In this document: one piece after another, positions 8,104 to 16,614 of the stretch
How the letters are laid out: the number at the start of each line of letters is the position of its first letter
Position numbering within the stretch: the first letter of the stretch is position 1
Origin: an uncultured Gammaproteobacteria bacterium
GTDB taxonomy: Bacteria; Patescibacteriota; Patescibacteriia; Patescibacteriales; GWE2-39-37
Assembly (NCBI GenBank): GCA_964443495.1
Contig: CAYUCS010000001.1
Location: 616,468-680,467 of the forward strand
Direction of reading: 5' to 3'
DNA: 64,000 bases
Position numbers and translations under genes: made by a program
Notes under the pieces: generated by a model
Told to the model about the DNA's origin: nothing
Database searches by the model: none
The model's input: the letters and a program-made list of their open reading frames with translations, nothing else

Positions 8104-9249
8104 TTATCTGGCTTTGGTTTGCCGGCTGATATTCAGAAGCAAGCCCAGTGCCGCTAGTCCGGCCATGATGGCCGTACCGCCGCTCGAGACGAATGGAAGC
8201 GGCACGCCGGTCATCGGTATCAGGTTGATCATGCCTCCGATATTGATGAACGCCTGGAAAGTCAGCCAGCAGCCGATGCCGATGGCGATCACCCGGCCGA
8301 ATTGGTCCTGCGCCTTCTTGGCTATGACATAACTACGATAAAAGAATGCCAGAAAAAGAGCGACCAGGCCGGAGGAAAACAAAAAGCCCAACTCTTCCCC
8401 GATGACCGGAAAGATGGCATCGCCAGAAACCTCGGGCAGATACATCAACTTCTGGCGGCTGGCGCCGAAGCCGCGCCCGAACCACCCACCCGAACCGACG
8501 GCGATCAACGATTGCTTGAGCTGATAGCACGATGCTTGAGCGTCGCTTTCAGGGTTCAAGTAGCATTGGATGCGATCCGCCTGATAATCGGAGGACTTAA
8601 TCATCAGCGTGACGGCCAACAGGCCTATAGCGACCAAAGCGACAATATGGCTGATTTTGCCGCCGCCGACGAACCAGGCTGCGAACGAGGTGACGACGAT
8701 GATCGACAGCGTGCCGAAATCCGGCTGCATCAGCATCAGGAAGCCGATGACGGCCAATACGGCCAGGAATGGCCCGGTTCCCTGGGCAAAGTCATCCATC
8801 TTCTTGCCGACCGACTCCAGCCAAGCAGCCAGATAAATCAAGAAGAAAAGCTTGACGAATTCCGAAGGCTGCAAAGAGAAGCCGAAGATATTTATCCAGC
8901 TATGCGCTTTGAAATTGGCCGAAGAGGCGATGCCCGGCACGAAGACCAGCACCAGGAGCGCGACTGAAAACAGGAGGAGGTAGAATGCGTACTTCTGCCA
9001 ACGATGGTAATCGTTCTTGTAAAAGAAGAAAAAAAGCCCTATGCCGATGACTAGGGCGTAAATCTGGTGCTTGATGAAATAATAGCCGTCGTTGTAGCGG
9101 GAATAGGCCAAGGTGCCAGAAGCGCTGGTCAGCATGATCAATCCGAAAAGGATGATCGATGAAGCGATAACCAGAAGCGGCCAGTCGGGTTCTCCCAAGC
9201 GGGAGGCAGCCGCGGCTGTCTGTTTGATTTTTTGGACTATCTTGGCCAT
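8104..9249 (-). CDS. ftsW: SEDS family peptidoglycan glycosyltransferase FtsW
   Basis: 381 aa polytopic membrane protein with FtsW/RodA family sequence, located between mraY and murG. Confidence 0.88.
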   Translation of the reverse strand: MAKIVQKIKQTAAAASRLGEPDWPLLVIASSIILFGLIMLTSASGTLAYSRYNDGYYFIKHQIYALVIGIGLFFFFYKNDYHRWQKYAFYLLLFSVALLVLVFVPGIASSANFKAHSWINIFGFSLQPSEFVKLFFLIYLAAWLESVGKKMDDFAQGTGPFLAVLAVIGFLMLMQPDFGTLSIIVVTSFAAWFVGGGKISHIVALVAIGLLAVTLMIKSSDYQADRIQCYLNPESDAQASCYQLKQSLIAVGSGGWFGRGFGASRQKLMYLPEVSGDAIFPVIGEELGFLFSSGLVALFLAFFYRSYVIAKKAQDQFGRVIAIGIGCWLTFQAFINIGGMINLIPMTGVPLPFVSSGGTAIMAGLAALGLLLNISRQTKAR

Positions 9250-9254
9250 TTTGA

Positions 9255-10316
9255 TCAGATTAAGTTCTTGTCAAGAAGCAGTGCCGCTAAGCCGATCGCG
9301 GCGGATACTTGGGCGATGACCCAGAAACGCATGACTATTTTCGGCTCGGACCATCCGAGCGCTTCGAAATGATGGTGGATCGGCGAGGACAGGAAAATCT
9401 TCTTGCCGCCTCGCAGTTTCTTCGAGGTCATCTGGATAATGACGGACATCGACTCCATCACGAAGACGAAACCGATAATCGGCAAGATCAGCGCGCTATT
9501 GGTAAGCATGGCGATGACACCGAGCGTCACGCCCAAGCTCATCGCTCCAGTATCGCCCATGAAGAAACGCGCCGGATTGATGTTGAACCAAAGGAAAGCG
9601 AGCAAGGCGCCGACGATCACGCCGCAGAAAGTAGCCAGGTCGTAACGCTGCTCGGCGAAGGCGATCACGCCGTAAGCGGCGAAGCTGGTCATCAGGACGC
9701 CGCCAGCCAGCCCGTCAAGACCGTCGGTCTCATTGACGGAAAAAGAGGTGGCAACTATGACGAAAACAAAAATCAGCATATAGGACCAGCCCAGCTGGAT
9801 GTCGCCGTAGAATGGAATGTGGAACGTGTCCCAATCAAGCTTGAAGTAGAACCACCACGCGCCTACCAGCGCGATCAAGGCATAAATAAGGAGGCGATGC
9901 CAGACTTTGAGTCCGCCGCCGCCAAAAACACCTTTGCCGCGGACATCGAGCCAATCATCAAACAAGCCGACTAAGGCCGTCGCCACCAAGGCGCCAAGCG
10001 GCAGCAAAGTCTCTTTGCGCGAAAGGAAATTAAGATTCTTGAAAACGGCGACATCAGTCAGGGTCGCAAGATAATAAAGAGATAAGGCGATCACCAGGAC
10101 GGTAACCCAGATAAGGATGCCACCCATAGTCGGAGTCCCCGCCTTAGCGGCGTGCAATTTAGAAAAAATCGGGGTGTTGCCGCTATTGCGGATCGACTTG
10201 CCCATCTTGTACTTGAAAAGAAAATGGGTTAATAGCGGAGTCCAAGCAACGGCGAATAAGAAAGCGACTGCGGTTAAAAATAGTATTCTGATCAGGTAAA
10301 AGCTTTGCGGTTCCAT
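9255..10316 (-). CDS. mraY: phospho-N-acetylmuramoyl-pentapeptide transferase
   Basis: 353 aa. MraY motifs GLFDDWLDV, NETDGLDGLA, and HHHFE near the C-terminus. Confidence 0.93.
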   Translation of the reverse strand: MEPQSFYLIRILFLTAVAFLFAVAWTPLLTHFLFKYKMGKSIRNSGNTPIFSKLHAAKAGTPTMGGILIWVTVLVIALSLYYLATLTDVAVFKNLNFLSRKETLLPLGALVATALVGLFDDWLDVRGKGVFGGGGLKVWHRLLIYALIALVGAWWFYFKLDWDTFHIPFYGDIQLGWSYMLIFVFVIVATSFSVNETDGLDGLAGGVLMTSFAAYGVIAFAEQRYDLATFCGVIVGALLAFLWFNINPARFFMGDTGAMSLGVTLGVIAMLTNSALILPIIGFVFVMESMSVIIQMTSKKLRGGKKIFLSSPIHHHFEALGWSEPKIVMRFWVIAQVSAAIGLAALLLDKNLI

Positions 10317-10319
10317 AGT

Positions 10320-10739
10320 TTATCTTAAATTATAGAAATATAAGGCTAATTGAGCGATAAGCAGCAGAAGATTGACCGCGGCGGCGGTCACCATCAGGCA
10401 ATGGATGAGGAATCTCTCATGGCGGCCGGTATTGGCCACCAACACCAGATTGATAACGAGAATCAGCAAACCTATGAATGGAATGATGAAAAGCCTGGAG
10501 GTCTCGCCATAAAGATCGACGCCGAAATCGACGTTGTAGTGCAGGACCACCTGATCAAGCTTGACCCTGAACTGCACGAAAGTTGCCGTTGACCAGTTCA
10601 GGACATTAAGCAAGACGGCTAAGGCCAGATATACGCGGATATAAAAAAAACTCCAAAGCGATTTTGCTATGGCTGTCAATTTCTTTTTAGCTTCTTGGGG
10701 ATATTGGCGCGCCAAGTGCCAATCGATTTTTATGTTCAT
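10320..10739 (-). CDS. hypothetical membrane protein at the head of the mraY operon
   Basis: Track ORF is 10320-10832. I prefer the internal ATG at 10739 (MNIKIDWHLARQ...). About 4 hydrophobic helices. Confidence 0.55.
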   Translation of the reverse strand: MNIKIDWHLARQYPQEAKKKLTAIAKSLWSFFYIRVYLALAVLLNVLNWSTATFVQFRVKLDQVVLHYNVDFGVDLYGETSRLFIIPFIGLLILVINLVLVANTGRHERFLIHCLMVTAAAVNLLLLIAQLALYFYNLR

Positions 10740-10862
10740 TGTAATATAAAAAAGCCGATGGCTTTTTGCGTGTTGTGGAAGGCTGGTTCCTTGACCATAA
10801 AATACCATAAACGGCAAAAAAAATAAATACACCAGCCGATTTTCCTAGATTGTTCGCACTAT

Positions 10863-10891
10863 TTGGGAGTATTAACTATTTATGGTATAAT
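10863..10891 (+). promoter_or_regulatory. sigma-70-type promoter of the pilus operon
   Basis: TTGGGA-N17-TATAAT with TGg extended -10, 33 nt upstream of the pilB ATG. Confidence 0.6.
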
Positions 10892-10923
10892 AAAATACAT
10901 CTTACTAACAACTTCCGAACCCC

Positions 10924-12651
10924 ATGCTGCAAGCTGAACAAATCAAGGAAATCTTGGCCTCAGCCAACATTTTGCCTAAGGAAAACTTCGACAAGATCGC
11001 CAAAGAAGCCCAGGCTATCGGGAAAAATCTCGAAGATTACCTGGCCGAAAAGAAAATCATCAGCACTAACGCCTTATACGAAAAGGCTGCCAGCTTCCAC
11101 GACTTGCCTTTCATCAATCTCAAGGAACAGAATATACGCAAAGACGTGCTTTTGACAGTGCCGGAAGCCATTGCTTCGACTCATGAGCTTATCGCCTTCG
11201 ACAGCAACGCCAAGGAAATATTCTTGGCAACGCTCGACCCGGCCGATTTGGAGATTTTCGAATTCATCAAGAAAAAGACCGGCCTTGAACCGCGTGTCCA
11301 CCTGACCACGCCGGAAGGCATCCAATACGGCATCAAGCAATACCACAAGAGCCTTAAGGCCGAGTTCGACAGCTTGGAAGACGCTCCGATAGCCGAGGGT
11401 GCCGGCTCGGACGAAGACTTGAAAAAATTGGCCACCAACCTGCCAGTAGTGCGTGTCGTCGATACCTTGCTAGAATACGCCATCTTCGAAGATGCGAGCG
11501 ACATCCATATCGAACCTGAAGAAAAGGAAGTGAATGTCCGCTACCGCATCGACGGAATCTTGCGCCACGTCATGACCTTGCCCAAGAACATCCAATCCGG
11601 CATTACGGCCCGCATCAAGATTTTGGCCAACCTCAAGGTGGACGAACACCGACTGCCCCAGGACGGACGCTTCAAGATCAGCAACAAGGAATACAAGGTC
11701 TCGTTCCGCGTCTCGATCATCCCGACCTTCGACGGCGAGAAAATCGTCATGCGCCTCCTGCGCGAGAAGGCCCAGGTCCTCACCCTGGAACAGCTCGGTT
11801 TCCAGTCCTCCGCCCTGGAGGCGATCAAACGCAATATCGACAAGCCTCACGGCATGATTCTCGTTACCGGACCGACCGGTTCGGGCAAGTCCACCACGCT
11901 CTATACCGTGCTTAATATTTTGAACACCCCCGAAGTAAATATATCGACCATCGAAGATCCGATCGAGTACCGCATGCCGCACGTCAACCAGTCGCAAGTC
12001 AACTCCAAGATCGGTTTCACATTCGCCGCCGGCCTGCGCGCTTTCCTGCGCCAGGATCCGAACATCATCATGGTGGGCGAAATCCGCGACGAGGAGACCG
12101 CTGAAATCGCCATCCATGCCGCTATGACCGGACATCTCGTGCTTTCGACGCTGCATACCAACGACTCGGTCAACACCCTGCCCCGCCTGGCTGACATGGG
12201 CGTCCCTTCATTCTTGCTCGCCACCACCTGCAACGTCATTATCGCCCAGCGCCTCGTCCGCAAAATCTGCCCCAACTGCATCCAAAGCTTCAACCTCGAC
12301 AAGAAGACTATCGAGGATATGCGCAAGCACTTCGACATGGACACTATCGTCAAGACGATGATCCGCGAAAAGATCATCGCTTCCAACAAGGGCTTGGAGT
12401 CGCTGCTTTTTTACCGCGGCAAAGGCTGCAAGCAGTGCAACGACACCGGCTACAAGGGCCGCATGGGCATCTATGAAGTCCTGGAAATAACTCCGAAGAT
12501 CTCCGAATTGATCTTGAAGAAAGGCACTGAGAACGAAATCAAGGAAACGGCTATCGAGCAGAAAATGATCACCATTATCGAGGACGGCTTCATCAAGGCC
12601 AAGAACGGCATCACGACGATCGAGGAAATAATGCGCGTAACCAAAGAATGA
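10924..12651 (+). CDS. pilB: type IV pilus assembly ATPase (GspE/PilB family)
   Basis: 575 aa. T2SSE N-terminal domain, Walker A LVTGPTGSGKSTTLY, and tetracysteine CPNC...CKQC. Confidence 0.93.
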   Translation: MLQAEQIKEILASANILPKENFDKIAKEAQAIGKNLEDYLAEKKIISTNALYEKAASFHDLPFINLKEQNIRKDVLLTVPEAIASTHELIAFDSNAKEIFLATLDPADLEIFEFIKKKTGLEPRVHLTTPEGIQYGIKQYHKSLKAEFDSLEDAPIAEGAGSDEDLKKLATNLPVVRVVDTLLEYAIFEDASDIHIEPEEKEVNVRYRIDGILRHVMTLPKNIQSGITARIKILANLKVDEHRLPQDGRFKISNKEYKVSFRVSIIPTFDGEKIVMRLLREKAQVLTLEQLGFQSSALEAIKRNIDKPHGMILVTGPTGSGKSTTLYTVLNILNTPEVNISTIEDPIEYRMPHVNQSQVNSKIGFTFAAGLRAFLRQDPNIIMVGEIRDEETAEIAIHAAMTGHLVLSTLHTNDSVNTLPRLADMGVPSFLLATTCNVIIAQRLVRKICPNCIQSFNLDKKTIEDMRKHFDMDTIVKTMIREKIIASNKGLESLLFYRGKGCKQCNDTGYKGRMGIYEVLEITPKISELILKKGTENEIKETAIEQKMITIIEDGFIKAKNGITTIEEIMRVTKE

Positions 12652-12652
12652 T

Positions 12653-13792
12653 ATGGTCGTAAACTTGCAATCGGACATTTCAGCACCGCAGCCGGCGGAA
12701 CAGGCGCCAGCCAAGAGCCTGGTCGCCAAGATCAATGACGCATTGATCAGGATGTCGCCGATTCCGGCTGATGAGAAGCTGTTTTTCGTCAGGAATCTTT
12801 GCGTCATGCTTAAGGCCGGCGTGCCTCTTTTGTCCGCCCTGCAGACCTTGGGCAAGCAAAGCGTCAATAAGCATTTCGTCCAAGTCATCAGCGACACATC
12901 GAAAGCGGTCGAGAAAGGCAAGAGCTTCACTGAAGCCTTGAAACTCAATCCTGAGGTCTTCGGCGAGCTCTTCATCAATATGGTCGAAGCGGGCGAGATT
13001 TCCGGCAAGCTGGAGAATGTGCTCGACCAGCTTTACATCCAGATGAAGAAGCACCACGAGCTGATTTCCAAGATCAAGGGCGCCTTGACCTACCCGGCAG
13101 TGGTGCTTTTCGCCATGGGCGGCATCGGCATCTTCATGATGATAGTGGTCGTCCCGCAAATCGCCTCGATGCTGAAAGACTTCAACACTGAATTGCCGCT
13201 AGCCACCAAGGTAATCATCGGCGTCAGCGATTTCCTGGCCAATAACACCACCATCGCCTTGATCATCATCGCCCTCGCCATATACGTGCTCGTAAGGATT
13301 TACAAGACTACGCCTGGCAGATACTACTTCGACCTGATCATGCTCAAGATGCCGATTTTCGGCAAAATCGCCATGAAAATCAACTTGGCTAAGTTTGCCC
13401 GCACCGTCAGCTCCCTATTGAAAACCGATATCATGATCATCAAGTCCTTCCAGATCACAGCTAACGTCTTGGGCAATGTCCATTACCGGGCGGCCATAAA
13501 CGACATCGGCGATAAGATCAAGAAAGGCACGCCGATAAACGAGGTCGTCTCGACCTACCCGAAGCTTTTTCCGCCGATAGTCACGCAAATGATCTCGATT
13601 GGCGAGCAGACTGGCGAATTAGACAGCATCTTGCAGGAATTGGCCGAATTTTATGAAGAGGAGGTCGATGCGGTCATGGAAAGCTTGCCGTCGATCATCG
13701 AGCCGGTCTTGATTCTTGTACTTGGATCCGCCGTGGGCGTCATGGCTATCGCCATCGTCATGCCGATGTATTCTATCACCACTTCAGTATGA
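12653..13792 (+). CDS. pilC: type IV pilus platform protein (GspF/PilC family)
   Basis: 379 aa polytopic protein in two T2SSF-like halves. Its start lies 1 nt after the pilB stop. Confidence 0.9.
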   Translation: MVVNLQSDISAPQPAEQAPAKSLVAKINDALIRMSPIPADEKLFFVRNLCVMLKAGVPLLSALQTLGKQSVNKHFVQVISDTSKAVEKGKSFTEALKLNPEVFGELFINMVEAGEISGKLENVLDQLYIQMKKHHELISKIKGALTYPAVVLFAMGGIGIFMMIVVVPQIASMLKDFNTELPLATKVIIGVSDFLANNTTIALIIIALAIYVLVRIYKTTPGRYYFDLIMLKMPIFGKIAMKINLAKFARTVSSLLKTDIMIIKSFQITANVLGNVHYRAAINDIGDKIKKGTPINEVVSTYPKLFPPIVTQMISIGEQTGELDSILQELAEFYEEEVDAVMESLPSIIEPVLILVLGSAVGVMAIAIVMPMYSITTSV

Positions 13793-16008
13793 TCATGAAT
13801 TTGGATTTCAAAAAGCAATCAGGCTTCACCATAATCGAGACGGTCATTTCCTTGGCCGTCTTGACGGTAATCACATTGAGCGTTTATGACCTGATTCTCC
13901 AAGCGTTGAAAATATCACAGGACAACAAGCTCCGGATGATCTCGATTTCACTGGCGGATCAGAAATTGGAACAGATCCGCAACCTGCCTTACGCCGATGT
14001 CGGCACCTTGGCCGGCATCGTGACCGGAGTAGTACCCGATAACGAGACGGCCAGCACCAGCAACGGTACCTTCTACGTCAATACCTTGGTACTTTACCGG
14101 GACGACCCGTTCGACGGGCTGCAGCCGGCCGATACCTTGCCGACAGACTACAAGGAGGTGCGCATCCGCGTCCAATACAATGGCCCGTTCGGCTTCAAGA
14201 GAGTTGAGACATTTACAAGGATCGCCCCGAAAGCGATCGAGACCAGCGTGGGCGGCGGCACGCTGGAAGTCGAGGTTATAAATGCCAATGGCCAGCCGGT
14301 AATCAACGCCGATGTAACGGTAAAGAACGCCAGCACGACTCCGACCATCGATTTCACCGCCCAGACTGACGCTAACGGCATGCTCTTGCTTTATGGAGCC
14401 AAGCCCTCGATCGAGAGCTATGAGATTATCGCCACCAAGATGGGCTACAGCCTCAGCTCAACCACTGCCCGCACTGCCGCCAACCCCAACCCCACCTTGG
14501 TGAACCAAAGCATTTTCGTCGATCAAAAGACCACCGTCACCCTATCTATCGACCAGGTCAGCACCCTCAGGCTCCACACCATCCAGCAGCCGATGCAAAC
14601 TAACTGGAGGGTCAACACTGACGGCGGCACGGACAATCAAACGAATCCTCATCTTGCCATCGACCCAAGCGGTTATATCTACATGGTCTGGCAGGATTTT
14701 CGCAACGGCTCAAGCGGCAAGATTTACGCCCAAAAATACAGCAGCACAGGCACGGCGATGTGGGGTGCGGATGTGGTAATCAGCCCAGCAAACAACCAGA
14801 TCTTACCCGAAGTCGCCATTGATAATTCCGGCCACCTTTACATCTGCTGGAATGATGACTCCAACGGCAATCAGGACGTCTTCCTGGTCAAGCGCGCCTC
14901 GAATGACGGTTCGGACCTTTGGGGCGGTTCAAAGCGGGTAGAAACCGACGCCGACAACAAAGACCAGATAAAATGCAAGATCGACCTTAATAATGACTTT
15001 TCAAAAATTCTTGTCACCTGGCAGGATGACCGCAACGGCGACGCTGACATCTACATGCAATCATACGACACCACTACGCGCGTAGAAACCTGGACTCCGG
15101 AAATCCGCATCGATAGCACGGCAGTAGCCGGCGGCACCAATCAGACGACGCCGATCGTGGGCGACGATAATTCCAATGATATTTTCGTCTTCTGGGCCGA
15201 CGACAGGAATGGCAACCAGGATATTTTCGCGCAGAAATACGACCCCGCCGGAACGAAGCTCTGGGGCTCCGACCTGATCATAAATTCCGACGGCGGCTCG
15301 ACCAACCAATATGCTCCGAGCGTGGCCGTCAGCTCAAGCACTTTCTACGTCTCCTGGACCGACGAGCGCAACAGCAACCTCGATGTTTACGCGCAGAAAG
15401 TCGATGCTACCGGTACCAAACTGTGGCCAAGCGACCTCTTGGTCAACACCGACGGCGGAAGTTCGGCGCAATACAGCCCCAGCGTCGCCATAGGCAATAA
15501 CGTCATCTACATCGCCTGGGGTGATGAGCGCAACGGCAACCAGGACATCTACGCCCAGAAACTAATGGCTAGCGGCACCGCCATGTGGTCGCCTGATGTC
15601 CGGGTAAACATCAACCCAGGCAGCTCAGCCCAATTCAATCCACGGATCGCCTATAACGTCGCCGATGGCAAGCCATACGCTGTCTGGCAGGATGATCGTG
15701 ACGGCAACTTCGACATCTTTGCCACAAGCTTCGATGCCTGGGGCGCCTCGTCTACTTTGTCAAACATCCCGATAGTGGTTACCGGGGCCAAGCGCATCGG
15801 AGAAAATCCGGTCATTCTGAAATATTCACAAAGCTTCACCTCCGATGCCAATGGTTTGATTACTATAAGCAATCTCGAGTGGGACACTTATTCAATCGCC
15901 ACGGGTACGCCGACCAACTACAGCATCACCATGACCCAGCCTGCCGCTCCAGTCAGCCTTTCACCGAACACCACCCTTGACGTCAATATTTTCCTGACCA
16001 CACCATGA
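13789..16008 (+). CDS. giant pseudopilin: prepilin-type N-terminus + beta-sandwich + seven-repeat (propeller-like) domain
   Basis: 739 aa. MIMNLDFKKQSG/FTIIETVISLAVLTVITL has the class III signal pattern (G-1, E+5). ATGA overlap with pilC. See the repeat feature below. Confidence 0.85.
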   Translation: MIMNLDFKKQSGFTIIETVISLAVLTVITLSVYDLILQALKISQDNKLRMISISLADQKLEQIRNLPYADVGTLAGIVTGVVPDNETASTSNGTFYVNTLVLYRDDPFDGLQPADTLPTDYKEVRIRVQYNGPFGFKRVETFTRIAPKAIETSVGGGTLEVEVINANGQPVINADVTVKNASTTPTIDFTAQTDANGMLLLYGAKPSIESYEIIATKMGYSLSSTTARTAANPNPTLVNQSIFVDQKTTVTLSIDQVSTLRLHTIQQPMQTNWRVNTDGGTDNQTNPHLAIDPSGYIYMVWQDFRNGSSGKIYAQKYSSTGTAMWGADVVISPANNQILPEVAIDNSGHLYICWNDDSNGNQDVFLVKRASNDGSDLWGGSKRVETDADNKDQIKCKIDLNNDFSKILVTWQDDRNGDADIYMQSYDTTTRVETWTPEIRIDSTAVAGGTNQTTPIVGDDNSNDIFVFWADDRNGNQDIFAQKYDPAGTKLWGSDLIINSDGGSTNQYAPSVAVSSSTFYVSWTDERNSNLDVYAQKVDATGTKLWPSDLLVNTDGGSSAQYSPSVAIGNNVIYIAWGDERNGNQDIYAQKLMASGTAMWSPDVRVNINPGSSAQFNPRIAYNVADGKPYAVWQDDRDGNFDIFATSFDAWGASSTLSNIPIVVTGAKRIGENPVILKYSQSFTSDANGLITISNLEWDTYSIATGTPTNYSITMTQPAAPVSLSPNTTLDVNIFLTTP
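14605..15744 (+). repeat. seven tandem repeats of about 55 codons (core WxDxRNGNxDIYAQK) inside the pseudopilin gene
   Basis: Cores at aa 301, 354, 411, 469, 523, 577 and 633: WQDFRNG, WNDDSNG, WQDDRNG, WADDRNG, WTDERNS, WGDERNG, WQDDRDG. Spacing is 53-58 aa. Confidence 0.85.
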
Positions 16009-16613
16009 AATCACAAGGCCTGAAAAACAACCGTGGCTTGACGATCGTTGAGCTGATGATTTCTATCAGCATATTCATGGTGTTCATGATCGCGTCATCA
16101 GAATTCATTATCCGAGGCCTCCAAAGCAACGTCTTCGGTTATGAACAAGAGGACGCCATCGCAAACGCTCGCCGCGCCGCCGGGGTGATGGTTGAGGAAT
16201 TGCGCCGCGCCGCCAACAGTGCCAGAGGCGATTACCTTTTCGAATCAGTAGCTACCGGCACCATCATATTTTACGCCGACACTGACGATGACGGCTTGAC
16301 CGAAAGGATACGTTACTTCGCAGACGGCATCAATTTGAAAAAAGGATCGATCGCGCCGACCGGCACACCGCTGACATACAACTCGGCTGACGAAAAGATT
16401 TCCACCTTCGCCATTTACCTGAACAACCAGTCGATGCCGATTTTCCAATATTTCGACACCAATAATGACGAAATCGCCAACCCCACCGCCAATAAGACCA
16501 GGATTCGACTGATCCGCACGACCCTGAAAATCAATGTTACGCCCGAGCGCGCGCCAGCCGATTATTTTTACAGCGCAGACATCCAGATCCGCAATCTAAA
16601 AGATAATTTATAG
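16005..16613 (+). CDS. pseudopilin / minor pilin (prepilin-type N-terminal domain)
   Basis: 202 aa. MKSQGLKNNRG/LTIVELMISISIFMVFMI (G-1, E+5). ATGA overlap with the upstream gene. Confidence 0.85.
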   Translation: MKSQGLKNNRGLTIVELMISISIFMVFMIASSEFIIRGLQSNVFGYEQEDAIANARRAAGVMVEELRRAANSARGDYLFESVATGTIIFYADTDDDGLTERIRYFADGINLKKGSIAPTGTPLTYNSADEKISTFAIYLNNQSMPIFQYFDTNNDEIANPTANKTRIRLIRTTLKINVTPERAPADYFYSADIQIRNLKDNL

Positions 16614-16614
16614 C

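Noticed and set aside
10745-10768. AAAAAGCC-GATG-GGCTTTTT hairpin just upstream of the 10739 start.
   Set aside because: The stem has only three G-C pairs and there is no upstream gene to terminate in either direction. It is too weak to call.
12649-12651. Possibility of an alternative genetic code (UGA recoded), as in some CPR lineages.
   Set aside because: TGA functions as a stop here. The pilB TGA is followed 1 nt later by the pilC ATG, and the 33521-35452 gene also ends in TGA. All family-recognisable genes close at normal lengths with TGA, TAA or TAG.
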